This document shows positions 48,931-59,509 of a stretch of DNA of 64,000 bases, in pieces; the stretch's first letter is position 1, and the number at the start of each line of letters is the position of its first letter. The stretch covers positions 4,068,436 to 4,132,435 of the forward strand of contig SMSO01000031.1 of the NCBI GenBank assembly GCA_004764695.1, read 5' to 3'. The translations under genes were made by a program, and so were the position numbers. This DNA is from Schizochytrium sp. TIO01. Its lineage: Eukaryota > Protista > Bigyra: Labyrinthulomycetes. The notes beneath the pieces were generated by a model. That model saw nothing but the letters and a program-made list of their open reading frames with translations. It did not search any database and had not been told where the DNA came from.

Positions 48931-51183
48931 ATGACTCAGAAATGCCAAGGCTGGGACTTGGATGGCCCGGATGACGGCGACTACACCGCGCTTTCGAGGC
49001 GCCAGAAGAGCGCGATCCGCGCTGCTATGGCTGGTCGGCATGTTTTTGTGACTGGCGGGGCCGGTTGTGGCAAGTCGAGAACCGCCGCAGCGCTTGTGGC
49101 GGCTCTGAGGAGGCGATACGGCGTGGAACGTGTCGCGGTGACGGCGGCTACGGGTCTGGCAGCAACTTCTTTGGATCAGGCGACTTCTCTGCACGCATTT
49201 GCGGGCATTGGCCTCGGAAAAGGATCTCGCGAGGACCTCGCAGTCCTGGTACGTGGTAAAGGTGATGCCCGGCGACGATGGATGCGAGCCCGGGCGCTCG
49301 TGATTGATGAAATTTCACAGATTGACGCCGAACTACTCGATGCTTTAAGTTTTGTAGCGCGAAAAGTGCGGCCAGCAAAGAACAAGGGTGCCTTTGGCGG
49401 ACTTCAGATCATCCTTGTGGGAGATTTTGGGCAGCTACCGCCGGTTCGTAGCGAGGCAGGACTTGCATTTGAAGCGGAGGTCTGGCAAGAGCTGTTTGGT
49501 AAGGAGAAAGGATTCGTGGTGAACCTCGATAGGTGCTTCAGACTGCAGAGTGTCTGTGAGATCAACCACCAGATAAACTCCGATTCACAAAAACAAAACA
49601 AAAGTCAGGATCGTCGGAACGACACAAGGTATCAGAAGCAATTACAACATGATGACCATCACCATCAAACAGATCAGCGAAACCTTGGGAAGCGCGAGAA
49701 ACTGCAAGATCAAGAAGCCCAGGCCAATGATATATTTCTGGAGCATTTAAATGCGCTCCGGATGGGGAAATTATCAATTGAGGGTGCACGCTGGCTCAAA
49801 AAGACTTGTCCAGTTCGTAGAGCTGAAGATGAACCAGAACCTACACAGCTCTGCGCACGCAATGACCAGGTGAATCGTATTAACGAAGAGCGCGTGGACA
49901 CATTGGCTAGAGATGGTGCAATTGTTCATGACTTTGTGGCACATGATTCTCTACAAACCCCAACGATAAAGAAGGATATAGATTGTGCAACGCGATTTCC
50001 ACGATATCTACGCCTTGCGGTGGGGGTGCCCGTGATTCTTCTTACCACACTTGATATGCGACGAGGACTCGTGAATGGCACACAAGGGACTGTGATACGA
50101 TTCGAAAGATGCAATGAGAATGGCAAGACGCTTGACCTTCCTTTAGTATCGTTTAGGACTTACTCTCAACAAGGACGAATTGAACGTATTATTTACCCTT
50201 GCAAAACAGAAGTGCCTCTGCATGGCTGTCAAGGCTGCGTGTCAGTTTCTCGTGAACAGCTGCCACTAGTTCCAGCATTTGCTATGACTATTCATAAGGC
50301 TCAAGGCCTGGAGTTGTACCGAGTACGAGTGAATCTTTCTGGTATGTTTAGTTGTGGGCAGGCCTACACTGCATTATCACGAACTAAGTCAGTGGCTGGA
50401 TTGGAGATTGAAAATCTTAATGAGAGGTCTATCTGTGCGCACCCGAAAGTTGTTAAGTTTTATAATAACTTGCTGGGTATCTCAACAAGACACATGACGC
50501 ATGCGAGAGAAACTTGTAACGAAGCTGGCGACTCTAGTGATGAGAACATGAACGACGATCTAAAAAATGGTTTTGAGAATAAAGGCCGTCACGATCTCTA
50601 CCAGTCATTTTCTAAAATCGAAGAAGATAATGAAACCTCTTCCGAGAGATCTGTGTCAACAAATTATGCTGATGACTCTGCTCTTCAAGAGCAATGCAAT
50701 CTTGTGTTTAAAACTGAAATCGATACATCCAACGAAACTTCAACACTAGACTTTGCGACGAGTCCGTCTAACACCGCACGCAGAGGAATTCTAATAGAGA
50801 CCTCCCACTCACATGGCATTGCTGTGCACGGTAAGTGCGATGGGCCATACAACATTAATGATGCGAGGTCGAGCAATTCGGAAAAGAATTCTGATTACCA
50901 GCTCATTAAGCGAAGCAAAAGTAAAAAGCGAATCTCTTCAACTCCAGGGAATGAGAGCAAGCAGTCTAATAATCATCCTCGTAAATTGCAGTGGCGTCGC
51001 CGGCCTGCAGGCCCGGATTGCAGTGCGGCATCCTCTTGTAATACTACTATGCCTGCTGAAATTGATCTAACTGATTCGCCAATTCCCGCATCTCCGGATG
51101 ACGAATGGGAAAGTACGGTGATCCCTTCTACCCCAAACAATGGAGAAGAGAATGTGGTAATTCCAGAGTCGCCATTCCCTTGA
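48931..51183 (+). CDS. PIF1: PIF1-family 5'-3' DNA helicase
   Basis: GGAGCGKS, TAATGLAA, LHAFAGIG, IDEIS, FGGLQIILVGDFGQLPP, QLPLVPAFAMTIHKAQG, GQAYTALSR. First ATG at 48931. Confidence 0.95.
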   Translation: MTQKCQGWDLDGPDDGDYTALSRRQKSAIRAAMAGRHVFVTGGAGCGKSRTAAALVAALRRRYGVERVAVTAATGLAATSLDQATSLHAFAGIGLGKGSREDLAVLVRGKGDARRRWMRARALVIDEISQIDAELLDALSFVARKVRPAKNKGAFGGLQIILVGDFGQLPPVRSEAGLAFEAEVWQELFGKEKGFVVNLDRCFRLQSVCEINHQINSDSQKQNKSQDRRNDTRYQKQLQHDDHHHQTDQRNLGKREKLQDQEAQANDIFLEHLNALRMGKLSIEGARWLKKTCPVRRAEDEPEPTQLCARNDQVNRINEERVDTLARDGAIVHDFVAHDSLQTPTIKKDIDCATRFPRYLRLAVGVPVILLTTLDMRRGLVNGTQGTVIRFERCNENGKTLDLPLVSFRTYSQQGRIERIIYPCKTEVPLHGCQGCVSVSREQLPLVPAFAMTIHKAQGLELYRVRVNLSGMFSCGQAYTALSRTKSVAGLEIENLNERSICAHPKVVKFYNNLLGISTRHMTHARETCNEAGDSSDENMNDDLKNGFENKGRHDLYQSFSKIEEDNETSSERSVSTNYADDSALQEQCNLVFKTEIDTSNETSTLDFATSPSNTARRGILIETSHSHGIAVHGKCDGPYNINDARSSNSEKNSDYQLIKRSKSKKRISSTPGNESKQSNNHPRKLQWRRRPAGPDCSAASSCNTTMPAEIDLTDSPIPASPDDEWESTVIPSTPNNGEENVVIPESPFP

Positions 51184-51308
51184 TGATTTGTTTAAATCAT
51201 GAAAACTCTAGCAATAGTATAGGTGTGTCGTTTGTAAATATGAATAAGATTGAAAGGTATGGAGCTATAATATGCCTGAGGAAAAAAATTTAACATTTGA
51301 TGAAGTCA

Positions 51309-52276
51309 TCATCGAAGCTTTACCTTTCGCATCTGCTGCTCAAATTGAATCGTCTTGGATACATCCTTCGGATCAAGTCGAATTCCGGTACTTGGCGCAA
51401 CCATTGACAACCACGATACAATTGAAAGGGTTGCTGAATCGCCAGAGTACATGAGCATACTTTCGGTATCGCACGCGTGAACCATGAGAGTAGTAGTAAA
51501 AGGATCACAGGGGTGCTCGACCTCGGAAATTGGAAGTTTCACCTATATTTTGTTACACGAAGATTTCATTCACCCATGTTAATTACTCAAACACTCACAC
51601 AATCCCTTCAAAGTGCTTTCTGCAGCTACGGTCCATTGTGAAGATTGCAAGATGGGTTGAAACTTACAGATGTTGGTAGATATAAATCATCGACCTCCTC
51701 GGGATGTAATCTTTGTTGGTTTCCCACTTGATCAATCACTGAAAAACAAAGAACTGGGACACCATAGGGTTTCGAGTATATGATTTCTGGAGCAATATGT
51801 AGGATTCTCAATTGAGAAGTAGTTTTAAGAGGCTCATGGTCATCACATCCTGGCAAATGTGCGCTATCCAGAAGAGGTTCTTCAAGGTCTTTCAAGGAGA
51901 ACTCACCAATATTGTTATCTATGCCGACCTCTCGAGACAATTTTGTAGATATTGATCCACTCGATATTAAAGCGTTTTCACCAGACTTCGAGCTGGATCT
52001 TAAACTTGGTGGTCCAGAATGAGCTTCCCAAGTAGCGGCAAGCTTTGACTGGGCGTCAATCGCAAACCCAGTCTTATGTTGCAGCCAGCTTTCTCGAGGA
52101 TTGGTTGAAGAAGATACCCAAGCCCAACCACGAAAGGTGGGGATTTCCTCACAAGCAAGTCGAAAGCATTCGCATGCATTCTCAAATTCCTCAAACGTCA
52201 CTCTCATTTCGCTTGTCGCTACAAGAGGTAATACTGGGATTGTTGAGGAGCTATAGAACAGCGGAAGCCTTTCCAT
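51309..52276 (-). CDS. ATG10: Autophagy E2-like enzyme ATG10; exons 52276-51668 and 51542-51309
   Basis: TFEEFENACECF, IIYSKPYGVPVLCF, then after a phase-0 splice ISEVEHP...MVHACDT...SWLSMV. The start could instead be ATG 52207. Confidence 0.8.
51543..51667 (-). other. Spliceosomal intron (125 nt), GT-AG
   Basis: Minus-strand donor TCT|gtaagt and acceptor ...gtaacaaaatatag|GTG. Removal joins the two ATG10 ORFs in frame. Confidence 0.82.
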
Positions 52277-53385
52277 CTTTTTATTCAATTTCTTTTGTAC
52301 CCATGCTTTTCTTTCTAATAGATGGTAACAAGGGGAACAATCTTCGGCGCTTATCTACACCGAATTTTCAATTACCGTTGAGAAGCTGGATTCTTGTAAT
52401 TTTAATTTAGTGACAAAGCATGTAGCATGTCCAGATTGGATACCAAAGTGAGTCTTGGAATCAATTTCAGAGCACTGTATAGTTAATCAAAATTAAAATT
52501 GTGTCTTCAAAAGTTGTTGATTTCAGTATAAACATGAAAAGGACTACAAGTTCAATACAAGCATATTATATATATTTAAAGCTTGCCACGCTGCGCGGAG
52601 GCAGAGATATCTACCTGATGTCTTAATGTATCCTTGGGTGTGATCATAGGACATAGAGAAAAGGTCATGCAAGCTGGGCAAGTTGAGCTAACAAGTCAAC
52701 ACCACGTGATCAGGGTTTAACCGTGATAATAATCCGTAATATTGTAAATGTGCAAGCTCTGTTGGTAACGGATTTTTAAGAGAGGTATTGCTAGCTTTAA
52801 GCGCCATGTGTTGTGGAGTGAATGCGTGCATGCGGGGGGGGGAGTGTACCAAAGAAAGGGAACGCGCGGTCCTGCTGTATAACACAATGTGGAAGACTAC
52901 GCAACCTGCGCGTCCGTGAAATAGAGCTGGTGTCTTCACACAATTAAAGAGAGACAGAAAAGAACTCAAATATTGCAGAATATTTGATGACCAAAAACTA
53001 AGCAAGCGCCTGATAGCAGACGACGGCGCGGCTGACTTTAGCTATTGACTGAAAGCAAAGGTACAGGAGACGGCTCGGTTGCAAAGAACAAGTTAATTTC
53101 CTTGCGCTTGATAGTCGACAACATAGTAGTCAGTTTGAATCACCCAGCCTTCTCGGTCATTGCTAGCGAAGTCAGGCACCAGACTTCACTTGTTAAATCG
53201 TACAAACTTGAGGTTTATTGCACAGACTTTATTTTATTGTAGTCTAGAATATTGAATTTGAGCATCGCGAGGGATGGAGTAGTCCGTCATTGGTTAGACC
53301 GTCAAAAAATCGACTGCGCTACTCTTCCTTGGTTAAACCAACAAACAAATTCTAATCATTTTCTTTGAAAGTTGATTGCGACACG

Positions 53386-56300
53386 ATGGGCGGGGCGTCC
53401 TCTGTTGCGGACGCCCGTGACCATACAGCGTCAGCATTGAGAGAAAAGGCTGAAATTCTCCTCACCGAAAAGGCAAGGCAACCAAGTGAGACGAGTGAAG
53501 TCCTTCGACAGTATGTCGAACTTTATGATAATAGTGAGGCTGGCCTTCGACAGCATTTGATGCGATTCCAAAGCCTCATGGAAAGCGTTGTTCAAAGCAG
53601 TGGGGCTCCGATGCCATTGCAAGAAACTAGTCAAGCATTCATAGAACATGCTCATCAGTGGTTGGACATGGACGCATTCCCAACACTCATAGGAGTGTTC
53701 GTCAACAGTGATATTTTAATGCCTGGGGAGAGCGACAAAAAGGGTTATGGACTCGTTTCTGTGAAAGGTGACATAAAACACTTTGAGGACTTCAATCAAA
53801 TACAGGATATCTTTTTGAGTGAAGGGCAAGTACTCTCTGAAAAATGTATAAACTTGAGCGAGGTTGAAGAGCATGTCACAAAGGAGTATGGGAAGAATAA
53901 AGTTAAGCTGCACATGCTAGGAATTCCAATCTTTGGTTTTGGCGGGCACGATCTTGATGTATTATCCTATAGCCACCATCAAAGTAGTTGTTCATCACGA
54001 ATCACACAAACTATTCAGACTGTTGACTCAAAAATTTACGCCGACACACTTCACGAGGTCCCGGAAGAAGGTGTAGAACCATCAGAAGAAAAGGCTGCAG
54101 AAGAAAAACACTCCACTCAGGAAGAAATTTACACTGGACGAACTGATGAGTCTGAGGCTGTGGCTCCACAGATTGGCGCTGTAATGGTATTTTGTCAACG
54201 TTATAAAGAGGAACAATCATCCCCTTCTAAGGAAAAGCTTCGGATGATTCGAGAGACGTTGCGACTCTTTGTTGATGCCGGTGGATTCCTGAAGCAAGCT
54301 GTGAAGGCTGAGGTGCGACAAGAACAACTGCAGAGGTCTCACCAACTCCTAGCAACATCAATGGACTCCTCGTATCTCTTCAACAACACGGAGAATGTTT
54401 TTAGAGCCTTGCAACTTTACGAAAGCTATCTTCAAGACACGCTTTCCGCAGAGTATTGTCTTGTGTTGCTAGTTGACGACACTAAAATGCAGCTCTGGCG
54501 GAAAATGGGCAACAAACGAGTCTTACAAGTACCAATTTCTGGAGATTCCATCATTGGGGAGGTGGTAACAAGTGGAATTTCTATGCGAACCAACAAAAGA
54601 ACACAATTGGGAACAGCAGATTTTGAAGTCTTCAATTTTCTGAGTGCTAATAGTTCTTTGAATAGCGAGTTGAGGTCGATTATGTGCGTGCCGATTGGTA
54701 GCGATGTAGAGACTTTTGGCGTCGTCGCAGTCTTCAATAAGCATGAATTCCATCAGCTTTCTTGGCCTAAACAATGTACAAAGCACCAGAGCTTGCAAGG
54801 GCGTGGATATAGCTCAAAAAGTCTTATGACGAAGGTGCAAATTTCCAAAACCCTCGACAACTCGTTTAGAAGATCTCCAGTTCAAATGCACAGTATCCGT
54901 GAATCCAAGTTCTGCAAATTCGATGAGGATCTTCTTTATGTAACGATTGAGGACCTTACAGGACTGATTGCATTCAAATATCTGGACTTGATTTATATGA
55001 TGCAGGCGTCACATACCTCGGAACATGACGGAGATGACCATTTACGGTCTCTACTTGCTATGTATGACCCTTTGAAACGGAAAATAAACTCTCGTAGTGC
55101 TTATGGAAGTAGTACAACATCTAAAATACGCAAAGAAGGAAGTACCAACACACTACGTAGTGGAACTGAGGATATATTGGGGGTATTAGCGCATGCTCAA
55201 CCTGATATCTCTTCCGAGCTTGCTGGAACTCATAGTAATGATCGGGACAAACTTGGGAATAAAGTCGACTGCCACGAGGACGAACTTGAGTCCTGGGACT
55301 GCGATGTGCTTGCTATTCCCGAATCACAACTCGATAAGTGTAGCATATCTATCTTTCAAATGTTTCACTTGCATGACTATTTCCAGATGAAGTCCTCCAC
55401 CCTGGCATCATTCGTAGAGGAGGTACGTAAAAATTATCTACCAAACCCATATCACAATTTCGCGCATGGCTTTAGTGTCCTGCTTGGCTCATCCATGATG
55501 CTGCGAAAAGGCTGTGCAGAGCTTTTGAGGATGGATGACATTCTCGCTTTACTCGTTGGTGCGCTTTGCCATGACGTTGGTCACCCTGGAACGAATAACG
55601 ATTTCCAAGTAGCTAGTGGCTCGAGTCTGGCTCTTTTATACAATGACGTATCTGTACTTGAAAATTTCCATGCAAGTAAAACATTCAAGATTCTACAGAA
55701 GGACTCCTGTAATATTCTTAGCGGCATCTCAGAGAGAAGCAAGGTTCGAAAAATCCGTGAAATGATCATTAAGGCTATTCTCTCAACCGATATCTCCAAA
55801 CATTTTCAGCTCATTGATCAGCTTAAGACAAAATATCAAGCAGCTGTTACGGAGCAAGTTAATGCTAAAATAACTACTGTAGACAATGGGCAGATCCATG
55901 AATCATCTGTTCTATCAAATGAGATAATGTCGCCTCCCTCTGCACACTCCCCAAAGACTCGAGCAACACTCATGCAAGCGCGCCGTGGGACTTTCACGAT
56001 GGGTTCGGGCATCAAACCTCGTCCGAACAAGTTAACGTTGACAAAAATGAATTCTGCAGCCTCCTTTCGAGAAGGTCTTCTAAGTCCTAAACCAAAGAGC
56101 GCTCGAGCTTCGGGTGCAAGTCAGCCTTCGCTTGCGACTGTTCGAAGCGCAGACGTTTTTGACCGCAAAGAGTTCTCGGATCGTATGTTACTTGTAGAAA
56201 TGATTATCCACTCTGCAGATTTGTCCAATCCAATTCTTCGATTTGACTTATACCAAGGATGGACTGACTTGGTTGTTGAGGAATTTTATAATCAAAGTCT

Positions 56301-56634
56301 ACAAGAAAAAGCTCTAGGCCTCGATTCGCAGCCGCACATGTGCAATCCTCCTTCAGATGACCTTGCCAAGGCCAAACTCCAAGTTAGTTTCATTGATTTC
56401 GTTGTTGCACCACTCTGGGTTGTGGTACAAGAAATTTTTCCGTCTCTTGCAGATCGTTACGAGACTTTGGAGAACAACCGTGATACTTGGAAACAACTCA
56501 TACGTGAGATGTCTGAAGACCCAGGTAGAGCACATCGCTCTAGCACAGCATCTGCCCGCTCGAACATTGACAATAGTGAGAGCAAACAAACTGAAAAATC
56601 AGATGAATCACGTAGTGCTGAATCGCAACGTTAA
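53386..56634 (+). CDS. Class I cyclic nucleotide phosphodiesterase with GAF domain(s), probably N-myristoylated
   Basis: MGGASS start. GAF (RSIMCVPI...GVVAVFNK...F...DE). PDEase YHNFAH, HDVGHPGTNN, LYND.SVLENFH, TD, HSADLSNP, EFYNQ, QVSFIDFVVAPLW. Confidence 0.93.
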   Translation: MGGASSVADARDHTASALREKAEILLTEKARQPSETSEVLRQYVELYDNSEAGLRQHLMRFQSLMESVVQSSGAPMPLQETSQAFIEHAHQWLDMDAFPTLIGVFVNSDILMPGESDKKGYGLVSVKGDIKHFEDFNQIQDIFLSEGQVLSEKCINLSEVEEHVTKEYGKNKVKLHMLGIPIFGFGGHDLDVLSYSHHQSSCSSRITQTIQTVDSKIYADTLHEVPEEGVEPSEEKAAEEKHSTQEEIYTGRTDESEAVAPQIGAVMVFCQRYKEEQSSPSKEKLRMIRETLRLFVDAGGFLKQAVKAEVRQEQLQRSHQLLATSMDSSYLFNNTENVFRALQLYESYLQDTLSAEYCLVLLVDDTKMQLWRKMGNKRVLQVPISGDSIIGEVVTSGISMRTNKRTQLGTADFEVFNFLSANSSLNSELRSIMCVPIGSDVETFGVVAVFNKHEFHQLSWPKQCTKHQSLQGRGYSSKSLMTKVQISKTLDNSFRRSPVQMHSIRESKFCKFDEDLLYVTIEDLTGLIAFKYLDLIYMMQASHTSEHDGDDHLRSLLAMYDPLKRKINSRSAYGSSTTSKIRKEGSTNTLRSGTEDILGVLAHAQPDISSELAGTHSNDRDKLGNKVDCHEDELESWDCDVLAIPESQLDKCSISIFQMFHLHDYFQMKSSTLASFVEEVRKNYLPNPYHNFAHGFSVLLGSSMMLRKGCAELLRMDDILALLVGALCHDVGHPGTNNDFQVASGSSLALLYNDVSVLENFHASKTFKILQKDSCNILSGISERSKVRKIREMIIKAILSTDISKHFQLIDQLKTKYQAAVTEQVNAKITTVDNGQIHESSVLSNEIMSPPSAHSPKTRATLMQARRGTFTMGSGIKPRPNKLTLTKMNSAASFREGLLSPKPKSARASGASQPSLATVRSADVFDRKEFSDRMLLVEMIIHSADLSNPILRFDLYQGWTDLVVEEFYNQSLQEKALGLDSQPHMCNPPSDDLAKAKLQVSFIDFVVAPLWVVVQEIFPSLADRYETLENNRDTWKQLIREMSEDPGRAHRSSTASARSNIDNSESKQTEKSDESRSAESQR

Positions 56635-57883
56635 ATATTACGAAGAAATGTTAAATATCACCTTCTGCTGCGAAGCTTAGTTACAAACAGAGTGAAGTCG
56701 TTGAAATAGCTTGAATCTCAAAACACCTTTTTGCTTCTTGCTAAACTTTTGGTATTTATATAGACTCCAAATGTTGGTTTCTTCTTAAAGGTCATACACC
56801 TAATTAATGAACTGGAAAGTTAATATTTAACTCTTGTCTGCTAAAATCTCTAGATGAAGGGCCATGCGAATAAAATGCAGCTCATGGGCTTGTCAAACGT
56901 GTTTAAAACTATGAGGTACAGTTACATTTACATGAGAATCCACACAATCTGACTGAAGTCTACGCTAAGTCGATCAGGTGCAGCCTCTGTTGATTTTTTA
57001 AAACTGACGAAAGTAATCTGGAACTTCATTCAATATGTGAAAATCAACATAACATGAGAGAAAGTTTTGTACCCATGCAAAATGATCTTCATCATCCTAT
57101 GTGTTTCGAAAGGAACGAGTAGGTGCCATATTTTTATATACCCTTCCCAACGCAAAAAATAAACAAATTGAAAACATAGACCTTTTCAGAAGTTTGCCAT
57201 CAACATAATTTCTCAACTTAGACTGGGCGCGACCTTCATAGGAAGAGAGAATATGACTTGGCACATAAGTTAAGACAAGATCAAAGATGTTATCCCAGCA
57301 AATATCGCGTGTTCAAGGCTAATACTCGTACACCGACTCCCCAGCATATTCCAGAACTGCCCCCGTTCAATATAATGTATAATAAGAAATAAACAAGCAA
57401 AAGAAAATTAGAGAAAAAAACGTCAAAGATTTATCCATAGCTCTAGCTTGGTTTAGCAACGTCAGAATTGACCCCGGAATATCTTGTTTGAAAGTGTTTA
57501 TCAGCTTCTGAAATCCATAACTGATGCAGTATGAAAATGTGCTTGTGTGTGAAGGCTTCGAACAGGTCTCAGCTAAGGTTAAGCTTACATAAACACAATC
57601 TCTAAGATCTGGCTGAGTAAATTTAGGTCTTTATTTACTCTTCTCTTCAGAATATCCGAGATAAAAGGTTACAAATTCGTTTGCCATCGCAAATGAACAA
57701 ACCATCAAAGTAGTAAAAGATAACACAATTAGGAACTGAAGTGGAGTGACACTAGAAAATGAACTCCGAAAAGGAGATGAGACAAGGTCGAAAATAGAAA
57801 AAACAGAAACACAGCGGAATGCTATGAAAAGCCACCAGTGCACTACAAAGAGATATAGCAAACGCGGGAATGACATATGTGAA

Positions 57884-59509
57884 TTATGCCCGTCCTGGGC
57901 CATATTCCTTGCGGTCTGACTTGGCTGGAGCCTGCATTGTGGTGTAAGTGGTCTTGAGAGCCTCCTCTTGCTGCGCCTCGCGCTTCAACTTGTTCATCTC
58001 CTCACGAAGGGCTGCGTTCTGCTTCTGCAGGTCCTCGATCGTACGTGCATCGTCGAAACGAGAATCCTTGCCGTTGCGAAGACGCTCCAGCTCTCGTTCG
58101 TTTTCGGCAAGCTTTCGCTTCATCTCCTCTGGTGTACCAAGCATAGGATTTACTGAGTACTCGACCTCATGGTCAAGAGCGTCAAGGCGGGCCTTTTCCT
58201 TTCCAGCCTCGATATTCTCTTCGTTCTCCTTGAGCTTGTTGCGGTAGCGTTTGAGACGCCAGACTGCATAAATAAGGCCGAGCACAATGAGAACAATCAG
58301 CACGATGAGGAGAGCCAGACCCCAGGTAGGGAGACTCTTACCGCCTGATGGCTCTTTGGTGTAAACAGCGCCGTCATAAGGCATATTAGCTGCAGGTACT
58401 CCGTTGTACTCCACTGAGAGCTGCCAGTCTGCTGATACTTGATTAGGAAGATCAAAGCGAATATCAAGCATGCCATCATTGTAGGTGATGGAGACCGGCT
58501 CGTAGTAGTCACTATTGAGGGTGTAGTCACTTGTGTCTGTGAGGTTGTTTGCAGTGACGTAATTCATATTGGTGAGGTTAGCCCAGATGGGGTAAGTCTC
58601 ATTAGTAGCAACTTCATCAAAGTCAATGGTCTCACCGCAGCTGTTACGTCTGGCCAGGGTGAAAATGTACGTAAGACCCCAGTTAATTGTTTCCCCCAAA
58701 TCAGACTCAATAAACGTGTCAGAAGGCAAGGCAATCACATCCAGACTGGTGATATTCATGCTACCAGTAGTGCTGCCAAGTGATACAACAGAGCCGCCAA
58801 AACCCATGTAACCATACCTAGAGTCCAAGATGTCCTCGAGACTCTCAATAGTTGTTGAGATGACCTGAACTTGGTCTCCGGAAACTGGGCCAACACTGAC
58901 AGTGAGACTTTGGTCGTAAGCTGAGTATAGGATAGTGGCTTGGTACGGCTCATCCGAAACGAAGCTCATAGCATCCATGTCAGCCTTTTCAGCACCGGCA
59001 ACGAGGGTATAGGTAGAGTCATCAGCACCGTACGTGTACACAGTCACATTGGGGCCACCACAAGATGAGTCGAAATCACGACAAGCCACAAAGCCAATTC
59101 CAAGGTATTTGGTGAGCGAATTGACAAAGGCAAGACTAGAGGCAGCACCGCCCATTACATTATCAATATCGTCATTCTGAATGACAAAACTAAAACCATC
59201 AACGTATCCGTCAATTTGAAAGTCGATAGTTGCCTGAAATCCATCAGCTAATCGATATTGTTCGCGGTACCAAGCCTGGTTAACAAATCCACCAGCGGTA
59301 TCACTTTCGATGAGATTAAGAACACCATCATCTGTGATTTGCAGCTTTTCGCCAATCAGCTTGATCTCGCTCGTAGAAAAGGTTGACTCGCTAATAATTG
59401 TAACAGAGTCCCCAGATGATTCTACATTACAGTTATCTGCTGCATTGGTGTAGCCTGTAGCGGCCAATGCTACGACAAGGGCACTTGCAACCCAGGTTCG
59501 CATCTGCAT
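57884..59509 (-). CDS. Type I membrane protein with an L-type (legume/ConA-like) lectin-like ectodomain and coiled-coil cytoplasmic tail
   Basis: Signal peptide MRTWVASALVVALAA, GFQATIDFQI..DGFSFVIQND, GYMGFGG, filamin/Ig-like VEYNGVPAANMPY, single TM (WGLALLIVLIVLIVLGLIYAVW) followed by a basic stop-transfer and E/K/R heptads. Confidence 0.75.
   Translation of the reverse strand: MQMRTWVASALVVALAATGYTNAADNCNVESSGDSVTIISESTFSTSEIKLIGEKLQITDDGVLNLIESDTAGGFVNQAWYREQYRLADGFQATIDFQIDGYVDGFSFVIQNDDIDNVMGGAASSLAFVNSLTKYLGIGFVACRDFDSSCGGPNVTVYTYGADDSTYTLVAGAEKADMDAMSFVSDEPYQATILYSAYDQSLTVSVGPVSGDQVQVISTTIESLEDILDSRYGYMGFGGSVVSLGSTTGSMNITSLDVIALPSDTFIESDLGETINWGLTYIFTLARRNSCGETIDFDEVATNETYPIWANLTNMNYVTANNLTDTSDYTLNSDYYEPVSITYNDGMLDIRFDLPNQVSADWQLSVEYNGVPAANMPYDGAVYTKEPSGGKSLPTWGLALLIVLIVLIVLGLIYAVWRLKRYRNKLKENEENIEAGKEKARLDALDHEVEYSVNPMLGTPEEMKRKLAENERELERLRNGKDSRFDDARTIEDLQKQNAALREEMNKLKREAQQEEALKTTYTTMQAPAKSDRKEYGPGRA

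Noticed and set aside
48931-51183. PIF1 as part of a Helitron
   Set aside because: No HUH Rep domain and no terminal hairpin/CTRR seen; flanked by ordinary genes.
39797-51183. SMARCAD1 and PIF1 as a DNA-repair cluster
   Set aside because: Separated by unrelated genes; proximity alone is not evidence.
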